Origin: Collinsella aerofaciens
GTDB taxonomy: Bacteria > Actinomycetota > Coriobacteriia > Coriobacteriales > Coriobacteriaceae
Length of the DNA: 56,682 nt
Reading direction: 5' to 3'
Assembly: GCA_048227095.1 (NCBI GenBank)
Contig: DBFAHJ010000085.1
Span: 1 to 56,682 of the forward strand
Shown here piece by piece: positions 19,532-29,672 of this stretch (the first letter of the stretch is position 1; every line of letters begins with the position of its first letter). Below the pieces are notes generated by a model. It saw only the letters and a program-made list of their open reading frames with translations. It had not been told where the DNA came from and searched no databases. The position numbers were made by a program, and so were the translations under genes.

Positions 19532-21271
19532 ATGTCGCAAAACGATCGAACTCAACTGATTCCCGATCCGCAGCAGCCGAGCAGGCACGCCGGCGGCGTT
19601 CAGTCGCCGCGCCCTATCGCGCCGAGCCACAGCCACGGTCAGCAGCGTGGTGCGGCAAACGCTTCTCAACGCCCGAACCAACAGCGACAGCAGCGTCAAC
19701 AACGTCAGCAGCGCCAGGTAAACGGCAATGCGCCCAAGCAGCCCCACACGCACGCTCGAGGCGATCGTGGCCCCGCGCGCAAGTCCGCCGGCAACAATAA
19801 GTCGGGCAAAAAGACGACGCTCTTTGTCGTCCTGGGTCTTATCGTCATTGTATATATCGTAGGCATCGTAGCGTTTTCGCAGCTAGCCTACCCCAACACC
19901 ACCATTGCCGGCGTCGACGTCTCGTTCTCCAACGCTTCGTCCGCCGCCACCAAGGTCAACTCGGCATGGAAGCACTATAAGCTCGCCGTGACAGGCGATG
20001 ACTTTAGCTGGACCTATCAGCCCGAGTCCGATGAACCCATCGTCGATGGCGAAGCTGCCGCAAAAGAGATCATCAACCACAACGAAGCCTTTATTTGGCC
20101 GGTCCGCCTTGTGGAATCCTTAAGCGGCAAGACCAAAACAACCGCTACCTCCAACGAAGTCGATCTTGATCAAGACGTCGACCTGTCCATGCTCTCCGAC
20201 ACCTTTGACCAAAAGAAGTTTGAGAAGGATCTGGGCGCCGCCATCAACGAGTTTAACGAGGGCCGTTCGGGCACGTTCGAGGCCAATAGCTCCTATGACG
20301 AGCAGGCCGGCAAGTTTACCGTCGAGAAGGCGCGCTCCAACGAAAAACTCAACCGCGAGCATGTCATTAAGTATGCCGAGCTCGAGCTTGCCTCGCTGGC
20401 CGAGTCCGTAGATCTTTCCAAGCTCGGCAACGATGCCTATGAGCCACTCAATGGAACGCTGACCGATGATCAGATTCAGGCCGCATGCGATGCCGCCAAC
20501 AACTTCCTGGGCGTCAACGTGACCCTCAAGCTCAACGGCGAGGATGCCGGCAAAGTTGATGGCAGCTCCGTATTGCAGTGGATCAGCTTTGCCGATCCGG
20601 CCAACCCCACGCTCGATACTTCGCAGATCAGTAGCTGGGCAGCCGAGCTCGCCAACGGCTTTAATACCGTGGGCTCCACTCGCTGGTGGACGCGCGCCGA
20701 TGGCAAGCAGTGCGCCGTCGAAGGCGGCGACTTTGGTTGGTCCATCGACAGCAGCTCGCTCGCCAAGCAGGTCGAGGACGCCATTAGCAACAAGCAGACC
20801 GGCGAAATCGAGATCAAGTACTCCCAGAAGGCCGACACCTTTACCGCAAAGGGAGAGCCCGACTGGAAGGCATACATCGACGTCGACCTGTTCGAGCAGC
20901 ACGCGCGCTACTATGACGAGAACGGTAATATCGTTTGGGAGGCCAACTTTATTTCCGGCAAACCGGGCGAAGACGCCACCCCCGAAGGCGTGTGGCAGAT
21001 CAACAGCAACGACGGCGGCAGTACCCTGATCGGAGCCAAGGACCCCGAGACCGGTAAGCCCAAATACGAAAGCCCGGTGAGCTACTGGATGCCGTTCGAG
21101 GGCAATATGATCGGCTTCCACGATGCCACCTGGCAAAACGACAAGAGCTTCGATAATGCCGAGTCGTACAAGTGGTGCGGCAGCCACGGTTGCATCAACC
21201 TGCGCCTGGCAGACGCCAAGGCACTTCACGACTGCATCAAAGTCGGCCTGTGCGTGGTTGTCCACTCGTAG
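19532..21271 (+). CDS. Membrane-anchored L,D-transpeptidase (YkuD domain) with Gln-rich N-terminal tail
   Basis: Single TM helix; ATPEGVW; YWMPF..IGFHDATW...GSHGCINL catalytic motif; TATAAT at 19469-19474; alternative start 19523. Confidence 0.9.
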   Translation: MSQNDRTQLIPDPQQPSRHAGGVQSPRPIAPSHSHGQQRGAANASQRPNQQRQQRQQRQQRQVNGNAPKQPHTHARGDRGPARKSAGNNKSGKKTTLFVVLGLIVIVYIVGIVAFSQLAYPNTTIAGVDVSFSNASSAATKVNSAWKHYKLAVTGDDFSWTYQPESDEPIVDGEAAAKEIINHNEAFIWPVRLVESLSGKTKTTATSNEVDLDQDVDLSMLSDTFDQKKFEKDLGAAINEFNEGRSGTFEANSSYDEQAGKFTVEKARSNEKLNREHVIKYAELELASLAESVDLSKLGNDAYEPLNGTLTDDQIQAACDAANNFLGVNVTLKLNGEDAGKVDGSSVLQWISFADPANPTLDTSQISSWAAELANGFNTVGSTRWWTRADGKQCAVEGGDFGWSIDSSSLAKQVEDAISNKQTGEIEIKYSQKADTFTAKGEPDWKAYIDVDLFEQHARYYDENGNIVWEANFISGKPGEDATPEGVWQINSNDGGSTLIGAKDPETGKPKYESPVSYWMPFEGNMIGFHDATWQNDKSFDNAESYKWCGSHGCINLRLADAKALHDCIKVGLCVVVHS

Positions 21272-21403
21272 TGCAACGCGCGCATTCCTACAACGTGGAA
21301 CCGCTGCGACCAATCTAACAGTTCCGAAAGAAACCGTCCTATGCGCCCGCCCCAACCGGTGGGCGCATATAATTATCGAGGTTCTTTCTATAAAGGAGAC
21401 GCT

Positions 21404-22837
21404 ATGCCGAATGTCCCCACCATCACCCCGGGCGCGGATGATACCGAGCGCACGCCCGAAGATGCCACCGAAACGATTCCTCTGATTACAAACGCGCACA
21501 CCGACAAGCAGAGCGGACGCACGAACGATACGGTCGAGATTTCCGATGAAGAGGCATATGCCAAGCTCAAGGCAAAACGCGCCGAACGTCGACGCAAAAA
21601 GCTGATTCGACGCGGTATTGCCGCCGGCGTCGTAGGTGCCATCGCGCTCATTGCCATTGTCGCTACCCTAGTTCTCAATGCGCAGCCACAGGGAGCTAGC
21701 GGGCCTGTGACCGACATGGTGACCGAGGGCACGTTTACCACAACGGTCGAGGCGAAAGGCCAGCTCAAACCCATTTCGTCCTCAGTGGTCTCCCCTTCTG
21801 TCGACGGCACGGTCGATTCGATCAACGTGCAGGCAGGCCAATCCGTCAGCGAGGGCGACGTGCTTATGACCATTAAAAACGACGAGCTCGATCGCAACGT
21901 TGCCGAGGCGCAGCGTGCAGTTGCAGCCGCCCAGGAAGACCTCACCAACGCGCAGAAAGCCGCCGCTGTCGCGCAGGCCACCCCAACGACGGACGTCGAT
22001 GGAGCTTCCGCAGCGGCTGGCGTCTCTGACGCATCAGCGGACACGAACGCCGTATCGGCCGCGCAGCGCAGCCTCGCTTCAGCCCAGGCAAACCTAGACC
22101 AGGCGAACGCCAAGGCCGCCAGTCGCACGGTCACGGCCCTGAGCTCGGGTAGCATCGTGGAGCTTAACGCCAAGGTGGGCGCCACGGTAACAGGCGGCAT
22201 GATCATGGGCGAAAGCGATACGAGCGGCGGCAAGCAGTGCATGCAGATCGCCGACCTATCCAAGATGAAGGTGACCGTGCAGGTGGGCGAAAAGGACATC
22301 GCCAAGATCGCCGTTGGGCAGAGCGCCAACGTCACGTATCCCGCGTTTCCCGATATCGTGAGCCAGGGAACCGTCACGGCTATCGCGTCGGTGGCAAACT
22401 CCGACGCCGCCAACGGCGGCGGCAGCGTGACCTTTAACGTCGACATCCTCATCGAGGCGCCCGACGCGCGCCTGAAGCCGGGCATGACGGCCGAGGTCTC
22501 GGTGGTGACCGAGCAGCTCGACGACGTGGTGATGGTGCCGACGATGGCGCTCATGACCGAAGACGGCGAACACTATTACGTCAACGTGGCAACCGATGAC
22601 GAGGGCAAGCAAACCCGCCGCGTCAAGGTGACCGTCGTGACGCAAAACGACAACGAAACCGTAGTCGGCAAGACACAGGTCAAGCGCGACGACCAGGGCA
22701 ACGAGATCAACCCCAACGTGCCGGTTACCAAGCTGCGCGATGGTGACGCCCTCGTCATGGACACCGGAGCGGACGCAACGGCTGACGGCGGCTACAGCGC
22801 GGATTCGGGCAGTATGTCTGCCGATGAGGACATGTAA
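21404..22837 (+). CDS. MacA/YknX-like membrane fusion (adaptor) protein
   Basis: N-terminal TM, lipoyl-like V.AGQSV..GDVL, coiled coil, IADLSKMKV, LKPGMTA; aaggag RBS and TATAAT at 21368-21373. Confidence 0.88.
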   Translation: MPNVPTITPGADDTERTPEDATETIPLITNAHTDKQSGRTNDTVEISDEEAYAKLKAKRAERRRKKLIRRGIAAGVVGAIALIAIVATLVLNAQPQGASGPVTDMVTEGTFTTTVEAKGQLKPISSSVVSPSVDGTVDSINVQAGQSVSEGDVLMTIKNDELDRNVAEAQRAVAAAQEDLTNAQKAAAVAQATPTTDVDGASAAAGVSDASADTNAVSAAQRSLASAQANLDQANAKAASRTVTALSSGSIVELNAKVGATVTGGMIMGESDTSGGKQCMQIADLSKMKVTVQVGEKDIAKIAVGQSANVTYPAFPDIVSQGTVTAIASVANSDAANGGGSVTFNVDILIEAPDARLKPGMTAEVSVVTEQLDDVVMVPTMALMTEDGEHYYVNVATDDEGKQTRRVKVTVVTQNDNETVVGKTQVKRDDQGNEINPNVPVTKLRDGDALVMDTGADATADGGYSADSGSMSADEDM

Positions 22838-23610
22838 TGCGTCCCGTTATCGACATCCGCAACGTGCACCGCATCTTTGAGAGCGAGGCAGGTTGCGCCC
22901 ACATCCTGCACAACGTGAGCCTGGCGGTAAATCCCGGCGAATTCGTCGCTATCACTGGCCCCTCGGGTTCGGGCAAATCAACGCTCATGAACATCCTAGG
23001 CTGCCTGGATAAGCCGACGGCAGGCGACTATTACCTGCAAGGGGTCAACGTGGCCGAGCTCGATGATGACGAGCTCACCGAAGTTCGCGCCCTGAGCATT
23101 GGCTTTGTCTTTCAGAGCTTCAACCTGCTGCCGCGCCTGTCGGTTATCGAAAACGTCATGCTGCCGCTGGCCTACACCAATGTGCCCCGTAGCCAGCGCG
23201 AACTGCGCGCCGTGCACGCGCTGCAGGCTGTCACGCTGCCCGTTGACCACTGGGACCACCGCATATCCGAGCTCTCGGGCGGCCAGATGCAGCGTGTCGC
23301 CATCGCACGCGCCCTCGTCAATGACCCGCCCATCATTCTGGCCGACGAGCCGACGGGAAACCTGGACTCCGCCACTGGAGCGCTTGTGATGGAGACCTTC
23401 CATAAGCTCCAGAAGCGCGGCAAAACCATCGTTCTTATCACACACGACCCCGGCATCGCCGCCGAGGCCGACCGTGCCGTGACCATCCGCGACGGTCGCA
23501 TTCACGACGGCGCGTATATTCCACATGCACCGCGGACCCTGCGCAGCGCCGTAGATAGCCTGCCCATGATTTCCGCCTCCGCCAACCCGCCGAAAGGAGT
23601 GGTGGCATGA
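22837..23610 (+). CDS. ABC exporter ATP-binding protein (MacB/LolD-like)
   Basis: GPSGSGKSTLMN, LSGGQMQRVAIARAL, ADEPTGNLDS. Confidence 0.95.
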   Translation: MRPVIDIRNVHRIFESEAGCAHILHNVSLAVNPGEFVAITGPSGSGKSTLMNILGCLDKPTAGDYYLQGVNVAELDDDELTEVRALSIGFVFQSFNLLPRLSVIENVMLPLAYTNVPRSQRELRAVHALQAVTLPVDHWDHRISELSGGQMQRVAIARALVNDPPIILADEPTGNLDSATGALVMETFHKLQKRGKTIVLITHDPGIAAEADRAVTIRDGRIHDGAYIPHAPRTLRSAVDSLPMISASANPPKGVVA

Positions 23611-24821
23611 GCGCCCGCGATCTCATCCAGGAAGCCCTTCACTCGCTCGAGGCCAACAAGGGGCGCAGCCTGCTCACCATCCTGGGCATTGTCATCGGCA
23701 TCGCCTCGGTTATTGCCATGACTTCGCTCATCGGCGGCATCCAAAACAGCTTGGTCAACAGCCTGGGCCTCAACGCAGCTCGTATGGTTCAGATCTATTC
23801 GTCCCAAGAACTTACCGAGTCGGACATCGAGAAGCTTCAAAAACTGGTGCCGGAGATAGAGCAGATCGGCATTGTCGACAGCGCGTATACCGAGTACAAG
23901 ACCGGCGATAAAAGCTATACCGTCATGGCACAGGGTGTCGATAGCGACATGCTCGATGCCGTGGGGGCCAGCAAGCTCGTTGCGGGGCGCACCTATTCCC
24001 AGGCCGAGTCTCAATCAGGCTCACGCGTGGCGCTCATCAGCCGCGGCGGCGCCGATCAGCTTTACGGCAACGAACAGGATGCGCTGGGGAAAACTATCAA
24101 GGTGTCCAACGGCGAGGTGCAGATTGTAGGCGTGATAGATGGCGGCAGCGACTCAATGGGCTCGCTCACGCTGTATATGCCACGCGAAACCATCTCCGGG
24201 CTGTTTGGCGACGAGAATCCTTCATTCCCCAGCGTGACGGCACTTGCCGCCGAGGGCACGGACATGGATGAACTCTGCAAGACCATCGAGTCCAAGGTGC
24301 GCGCGATGAAGGGCATCGCGGAGGATGATGAGTACGACAGCGTATCGGCGACCTCCATGAAAAGCGCCATCGATGCGCTCAACTCCTTTATGGGCGCGTT
24401 CTCGCTCATCATGGGTGCTGTCGCCAGCATCTCGCTGCTTATCGGCGGTATCGGCATTATGAACATGATGCTCACCAACGTGACTGAGCGCATCCGCGAG
24501 ATCGGCATCCGCCGCGCTCTGGGCGCCAGTCGTCGCGATATCACCGCCCAATTTTTGGCCGAGTCCTCGGCGCTGTGCGTCACCGGCGGACTGTTGGATG
24601 TCCTGATTGGCTATCTGCTGGCCTGGGGACTCACGTTCTTTGCCGCAAGCTCGGGCATCATGAGCAAGTTTGGAGCCACCGGGACGATCACGCCAAGCTT
24701 CTCCATTACGACAGTGTTGATCGCGTTTGCCGTATCGGTCGGCATCGGCGTAATCTTTGGCTTCTACCCCGCTCGCCGCGCAGCAAAGCTCGACCCCGTC
24801 GAGTGCCTACGCTACCAGTAA
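23607..24821 (+). CDS. ABC exporter permease (MacB/FtsX family)
   Basis: RSLLTILGIVIG, GGIGIMNMML..VTERIREIGIRRALGA, FYPARRAAKLDP. Confidence 0.95.
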   Translation: MSARDLIQEALHSLEANKGRSLLTILGIVIGIASVIAMTSLIGGIQNSLVNSLGLNAARMVQIYSSQELTESDIEKLQKLVPEIEQIGIVDSAYTEYKTGDKSYTVMAQGVDSDMLDAVGASKLVAGRTYSQAESQSGSRVALISRGGADQLYGNEQDALGKTIKVSNGEVQIVGVIDGGSDSMGSLTLYMPRETISGLFGDENPSFPSVTALAAEGTDMDELCKTIESKVRAMKGIAEDDEYDSVSATSMKSAIDALNSFMGAFSLIMGAVASISLLIGGIGIMNMMLTNVTERIREIGIRRALGASRRDITAQFLAESSALCVTGGLLDVLIGYLLAWGLTFFAASSGIMSKFGATGTITPSFSITTVLIAFAVSVGIGVIFGFYPARRAAKLDPVECLRYQ

Positions 24822-24833
24822 GCCAACACCAAC

Positions 24834-24902
24834 AAGTTGCGGTGAATTAGGGACTGAATATGCTATCTAGCAGCAAAAACAGACACTATTTCACCGCAAC
24901 TT
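24834..24902. repeat. REP-like palindromic repeat, family A copy 2
   Basis: aagttgcggtgaattagggactg...cagacactatttcaccgcaactt. Confidence 0.9.
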
Positions 24903-24911
24903 ATTGAAGGG

Positions 24912-25010
24912 CTACTTGCGCCAGTTCCGGGCGTCGTCCTCGAACTTTTGGCGGATGACGGGCTTGTACGGGTCGAGCTTGCTCGGGGCGCTCCTCCTCG
25001 CGGGCGGAAG
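24912..25010 (-). pseudogene. IS21-family transposase (IstA) N-terminal fragment
   Basis: Translates LPPARRSAPSKLDPYKPVIRQKFEDDARNWRK*, matching the IstA pattern SKLDPYK..I...L..D....RKQ. Confidence 0.7.
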
Positions 25011-25032
25011 GGCGCGCAGGCGCGGCGAGCGC

Positions 25033-25806
25033 CTAGCGCGCGAACTCGCGTAAAAGCGCGTCTTCCACTTCCCGAAGCGAAAGGGCCCCGCCTCCCTCGG
25101 CGGGACGGGTGACCACGATGCAGCGCGCTCCCGCGTCGCGCGCAGCAGCGAGCTTCACGGCCGTGCCGCCTACGGTTCCCGAGTCCTTGGTCACAAGCCA
25201 CTGGGCGCCCACCTGCCGAAGCATCGCCTCGTTGAGCTCGCGGGTGAAGGGCCCCTGCATGCCGATGACGTGCGACGGCGAAAACCCCGCGTCGATGCAC
25301 TTCGTTATAGCACCGGGCAGCGGGAGCACACGCACGAAGAAGCGCTCCGCGAAATCGGCGACACGCGTGTAGGGAGCAAGCTCCTTGCTCCCCGTCGTGA
25401 GAAGCGCGCGACCCGGGTTCTCGGAGAGAAAGCGCGCCGCGCAGGCGATCGACGCGACCGGCACGACGCCTTTGGGCAGCACCTCGGCCGGGCGCGCAAG
25501 GCGCAGGCATCGTGCACCCACGGCGAGCGAAGCGGCCCGAATGTTGCCGCTTGCGAGCGTAGCGAAGGGGTGCGTGGCATCGACGACGATGCGCGCGCCG
25601 GAAAGCTCGCGCTCCATGTCGGCCTCGTCGAGCCTGCCCGCCTGCACCTCGATGCCCGGAAGCTCGCCCAAAAGCTCGCCTCCGTACTCGGTTGCCGCGT
25701 AGGCACGGGCGGGGATGCCCGCCCCGCTCGCCCATTCGCACAGAAGGCGGCCCTCAGTGGTGCCGGCGAAGATGCGCAGCGCCGACGCGGATGCGGGGGC
25801 CGTCAC
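25033..25806 (-). CDS. cbiJ: Cobalt-precorrin-6A reductase
   Basis: IFAGTTEGR, VVDATHPFA, LLTTGSKEL, IGMQGPF, LVTKDSG; GTGA overlap with cbiC. Confidence 0.93.
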   Translation of the reverse strand: MTAPASASALRIFAGTTEGRLLCEWASGAGIPARAYAATEYGGELLGELPGIEVQAGRLDEADMERELSGARIVVDATHPFATLASGNIRAASLAVGARCLRLARPAEVLPKGVVPVASIACAARFLSENPGRALLTTGSKELAPYTRVADFAERFFVRVLPLPGAITKCIDAGFSPSHVIGMQGPFTRELNEAMLRQVGAQWLVTKDSGTVGGTAVKLAAARDAGARCIVVTRPAEGGGALSLREVEDALLREFAR

Positions 25807-26444
25807 TTCGGGCCGCCCGTGCGCGTGATCTGGTAGAGCAGCGCGTTCATAATGGCGGCCGCCACGGTCGAGCCGCCCTTGCGACCCCTCGCGACGATGG
25901 CCGGCACGCGTCGCGCGAGTAGCTCCTCTTTCGCCTCGACCACGTTCACAAACCCGACCGGCACCCCAACGACGAGCGCGGGCGCGATCTTCCCCGCGTC
26001 CATGAGCTCGGCGAGGCGCAGAAGTGCTGTGGGAGCGTTGCCGACGGCCACGATAAGCGGACCCTCGATGCCGCAAGCTTTGTCCATGCTCGCAACGGCG
26101 CGAGTCGTGCCCGCAGCGCGCGCGGCCGCGGCGACATCAGGGTCGGCCATGTAGCACACGGCCTTGCAGCCGAGCTTCGCGAGCGCGGGCTTGCTTATGC
26201 CTGCGAGCGCCATGTTCGTATCGGTAAGCACCGTAGCCCCTGCGCGCAGTGCGTCGAGCGCACAGTGCGCGGCGTCATGGGTGAACACGAGGGAATCGGC
26301 GTACGAGAAGTCGGCAGTGGTGTGGATGACGCGCTTCACGACGGGCTCTTCGAGCGGCGGGAACGTGCGGCCGCCGAGCTCTTCGGTGATGATTTCAAAG
26401 CTGCGCCGCTCGATGTCGCCGGGCGCCATCTCCTTGGAATCCAT
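25803..26444 (-). CDS. cbiC: Cobalt-precorrin-8 methylmutase
   Basis: IERRSFEII, RVIHTTADF, GNAPTAL, GVPVGFVNV, GRKGGS. Confidence 0.95.
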   Translation of the reverse strand: MDSKEMAPGDIERRSFEIITEELGGRTFPPLEEPVVKRVIHTTADFSYADSLVFTHDAAHCALDALRAGATVLTDTNMALAGISKPALAKLGCKAVCYMADPDVAAAARAAGTTRAVASMDKACGIEGPLIVAVGNAPTALLRLAELMDAGKIAPALVVGVPVGFVNVVEAKEELLARRVPAIVARGRKGGSTVAAAIMNALLYQITRTGGPK

Positions 26445-26960
26445 CTAGTACTCCACTCCTTCCCTTGCACATATCCCCTGCTCGTAGGGGTGTTTCTCGC
26501 ACCGCATCTCGGTTATGTAGTCGGCCTTCTCCACGATCTTGCGGGAAGGCGCGCGCCCGGTGAGCGCTACTTCGACGCCGCGCGCGGACATATCGAGCGC
26601 GCGGTCCACGAGCGCCTCGTCGACAAGCCCCTTCGAAAGCGCGTCGAGCGCCTCGTCGAGCACGAGCAGCCCCTCCTGCGCGCCCTCGAGCTCGGCGAGC
26701 GCGGAAGCGAGGTTCCCATCGTGCAACTCGCGCGTCGCGGCAAGTTCTTCCGACGTCATGGACCAGGTAAACTTGTCCGACGCCTTCCCCGCGAACACGG
26801 GCACGCCGAAATGCTCGGCGAGCAGGCGCGCCTCCCCGCTTTCGCCGTCTTTCAGGAACTGCACAACGACGACGCGGCGGCCTGCGGCGAGCATGCGAAG
26901 GGCGAGCCCCATCGCCGCCGTGGTCTTGCCTTTGCCGTCGCCATGATACACGTGGATCAT
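26445..26960 (-). CDS. cobO: Cob(I)yrinic acid a,c-diamide adenosyltransferase (BtuR/CobO family)
   Basis: YHGDGKGKTTAAMG, VQFLK, VLDE, LTGR, KHPY..G..AREGVEY. Confidence 0.93.
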   Translation of the reverse strand: MIHVYHGDGKGKTTAAMGLALRMLAAGRRVVVVQFLKDGESGEARLLAEHFGVPVFAGKASDKFTWSMTSEELAATRELHDGNLASALAELEGAQEGLLVLDEALDALSKGLVDEALVDRALDMSARGVEVALTGRAPSRKIVEKADYITEMRCEKHPYEQGICAREGVEY

Positions 26961-28456
26961 ACGCCCTCCTCGATAATGCGGTAGACATACTCCATGTCGA
27001 GCGCCCCGCGCACGGAGTCGGCCAGGCGGTCGAACTCGCGCGCACGGTGATCGGCCGCGGACACCGCGCCCTCAGCACCCACGACGCTCTCGGGCAGGCC
27101 GCGCATGCGCGCGAGCGAGCGCGCGAGGGCGAGTGCCACCCCCGGTTCGTCGAACAGGCCGTGGAGATAGGTTCCGAACACGTTTCCGCAGGCCGCGCCT
27201 TCTGGTTTGCCGCCAATCGTGCCCGCAGGGGCGCAGGAGACGGTCGTTTCGCCGTCGTGAATCTCGTACCCGCGCGCCGTCATGCCGTTCCACACCGAGA
27301 ACGCGCCTTGGGCGCCCGTGATGCGCAGCTCCGACTGGGCGAGGCGCTTTTCCTCCTTGAACACCGTACTTGCAGGGATGAGCCCGAGCCCGCGCGCGGT
27401 GCCAGCGCCTTCCCTGCCGTGCGGGTCGGAAAGCTCGTCTCCCAAAAGCTGGTAGCCTCCGCATATGCCGAGCACCGGCGTGCCCGCGCCCGAAAGCGCG
27501 CGTACACAGGCTCCGATGCCGCTAGCCGCAAGCCAGCGCGCGTCGTCGACCGTGGACTTCGAGCCGGGAAGCACCACCAGGTCGGGTCGGCCCAGATCGG
27601 TCGTCGAGGAAACGTAGCGCACGCCCATGCCGGGCACGCGCGAAAGCGGGTCGAAGTCGGTGAAGTTCGACAGATGCGGAAGGCGCACGACGGCGACGTC
27701 GATGACGCCGCGCGCCTCGCGGGCAGATAGGCGCGGCGCGAGCGAGTCCTCGTCGTCCAGGTCGAGCGTAAGATACGGCACGACCCCCACGACGGGAACC
27801 CCGCACATCTTCTCGAGCGGGGCCAAACCCGGGCGCAGGATTTCCACATCGCCGCGGAACTTGTTTACCACAAGCCCCCGCAAAAGCGCACGATCCTCGG
27901 GCGCAAAGAGCGCGACCGTGCCGTAGAGCTGGGCAAACACCCCGCCTGGGTCGATGTCGCCCGCGAGCAGCACGGGGGAGGACACGGCGCGCGCGAGCCC
28001 CATGTTGACGATGTCGTTTTCGGCAAGGTTGATTTCGACGGGGCTGCCGGCGCCCTCGATGACGATGACGTCGTTTTCCTCCGTGAGCGAATCGAACGCC
28101 TCCAAAATCTGCGGCATGAGCGCCTTCTTTCGCGCGAAGTAGTCCCTCGCAGCGAAGGCTCCCTGCGCCTTGCCGGCCACGATGAGCTGGCTTCGGTGGT
28201 CGCTTTCGGGCTTGAGCAGGATGGGGTTCATGCGCACGTCGGGCGCGATGCCGCACGCCTCGGCCTGCATGATCTGGGCACGCCCCATCTCGAGCCCGTC
28301 GGCCGTGACACCGCTGTTGAGCGCCATGTTCTGGCTCTTGAAGGGAGCCACGCGCAGGCCGTCCTGCGAAAGCACGCGGCACAGCCCCGCCGCAAGCAGG
28401 CTCTTCCCCGCGTTCGACATGGTGCCCTGGATCATGATGGGCTTCGCCCTACCCAC
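26957..28456 (-). CDS. cbiP: Cobyric acid synthase (CbiP/CobQ)
   Basis: MIQGTMSNAGKS, PFKSQNMALNS, EGAGSP, SNFTDFDPL, GICGGYQ, GTYLHGLF; GTG start after ggagg. Confidence 0.96.
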   Translation of the reverse strand: MGRAKPIMIQGTMSNAGKSLLAAGLCRVLSQDGLRVAPFKSQNMALNSGVTADGLEMGRAQIMQAEACGIAPDVRMNPILLKPESDHRSQLIVAGKAQGAFAARDYFARKKALMPQILEAFDSLTEENDVIVIEGAGSPVEINLAENDIVNMGLARAVSSPVLLAGDIDPGGVFAQLYGTVALFAPEDRALLRGLVVNKFRGDVEILRPGLAPLEKMCGVPVVGVVPYLTLDLDDEDSLAPRLSAREARGVIDVAVVRLPHLSNFTDFDPLSRVPGMGVRYVSSTTDLGRPDLVVLPGSKSTVDDARWLAASGIGACVRALSGAGTPVLGICGGYQLLGDELSDPHGREGAGTARGLGLIPASTVFKEEKRLAQSELRITGAQGAFSVWNGMTARGYEIHDGETTVSCAPAGTIGGKPEGAACGNVFGTYLHGLFDEPGVALALARSLARMRGLPESVVGAEGAVSAADHRAREFDRLADSVRGALDMEYVYRIIEEGV

Positions 28457-29672
28457 GGGTATCGACCTCCTTCGCAGAGCCTCGGCCATCCGAGCCCGCC
28501 ATAGCGCCGCTGCAAGAAACGCCGCCCCGTTCGTCGGGTTCGCCTTCGCCTGATGCGCCTTCCGCCCGAAGCGCGCGGCTGAACGCCATCGCAAGCCGGG
28601 CATTCTCCTTGCGCGTGCGCACCGCGACGCGGCACCAGAAACGGGACAGTACCGAAAACGAGTCGCACGTGCGGACCAAAACCCCCTGTTTATATAGGCG
28701 CTCGGGGATGTCTTTCGCCGGCGTGCGGACTAAAAGGAAGTTCGCATCCGACGGCACGACGGAAAGCCCGAGCGAGGAGAGCTCGTGGAAAAGCCACGCT
28801 CGCTCGCCCGCCAATACATCGCGCGTGCGCGAGACGTATTCGACGTCTTCCAGGGCGGCGATGCCCGCGGCCTCGGCGACCGACGAGACGGGCCATGCCT
28901 GCCCCGCCCGGCGAATCCCCTCGATGAGTTGGGCGTTTCCGCTGATCAGATATCCCAACCGCAACCCCGCCATTCCGTAGAGCTTGGTGAACGCGGAGAG
29001 CACGGCCACATGGCGCGAACACGCGGCGCGTGCGGCCACGCTCCTTTCGCGGGCGTCGGGCGCAAATCCGAGGAAGCACTCGTCCATGACGAGCAGCGCG
29101 CCCACCTGCTCGCAGCGGCAAGCCGCGGCATCGATCACGCTGGGGTCGACGAGGCGCCCCGTCGGGTTGTTCGGATTGCAGAGGTACGCCACGTCTCCCG
29201 GCCCCTCAATCGCGCGGGCGAAGGAGGCGGGCACGTCGAAGTCGTCCGCTTCGGAGAGCGGGAACTCCTGCACGCATGCGCCGTAGTACGATGCCGCCTC
29301 CGCATATTCAGAGAACGTCGGCGCGCACACGACGATGCGTTTCGGGCGCACCGCCGCAGCGAGCCGCCAGATGATGTCGGACGCGCCCGCGCCGCAGACG
29401 ATAGTATCTTCGGGAATGGCCCGGGCGCGCGCTAGGGCGCGAACGAGGGCGCGGCTTTCCCTATCGGGGTATGCGTCGATTCGAGAAAGCGCCTTGCAAG
29501 CTGCGGCGACAGCGCGCGGCGATGGGCCTGCCGGATTCACGTTCACCGAGAAGTCGATGAGGTCGGAGGCGCCCCCTTCGCAACCGATGCCGAGCGATTG
29601 CGCGCTGCCCCCATGCGTACGGGCGCGCAGGATTCCCCCGGTAGCCCGGAGCGCGGTGTGGTCTTCCCTCAT
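28449..29672 (-). CDS. cobD: L-threonine-O-3-phosphate decarboxylase (PLP class I/II)
   Basis: HGG..DFSVNVNP, YPD, CNPNNPTG, DECF, AFTKLYGMAGLRLGY; located in the cob operon. Confidence 0.88.
   Translation of the reverse strand: MREDHTALRATGGILRARTHGGSAQSLGIGCEGGASDLIDFSVNVNPAGPSPRAVAAACKALSRIDAYPDRESRALVRALARARAIPEDTIVCGAGASDIIWRLAAAVRPKRIVVCAPTFSEYAEAASYYGACVQEFPLSEADDFDVPASFARAIEGPGDVAYLCNPNNPTGRLVDPSVIDAAACRCEQVGALLVMDECFLGFAPDARERSVAARAACSRHVAVLSAFTKLYGMAGLRLGYLISGNAQLIEGIRRAGQAWPVSSVAEAAGIAALEDVEYVSRTRDVLAGERAWLFHELSSLGLSVVPSDANFLLVRTPAKDIPERLYKQGVLVRTCDSFSVLSRFWCRVAVRTRKENARLAMAFSRALRAEGASGEGEPDERGGVSCSGAMAGSDGRGSAKEVDTRG

Noticed and set aside
19660..19720. Gln/Arg-rich repeat (QQRQQRQQRQQRQ) at the start of the L,D-transpeptidase
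   Set aside because: Short low-complexity cytoplasmic tail, common in actinobacterial envelope proteins, with no sign of a phase-variable tract.
24863..25741. 292-aa ORF spanning the left island junction
   Set aside because: Out-of-frame overlap with cbiJ and no motifs. The meaningful frame here is the short IstA scrap.
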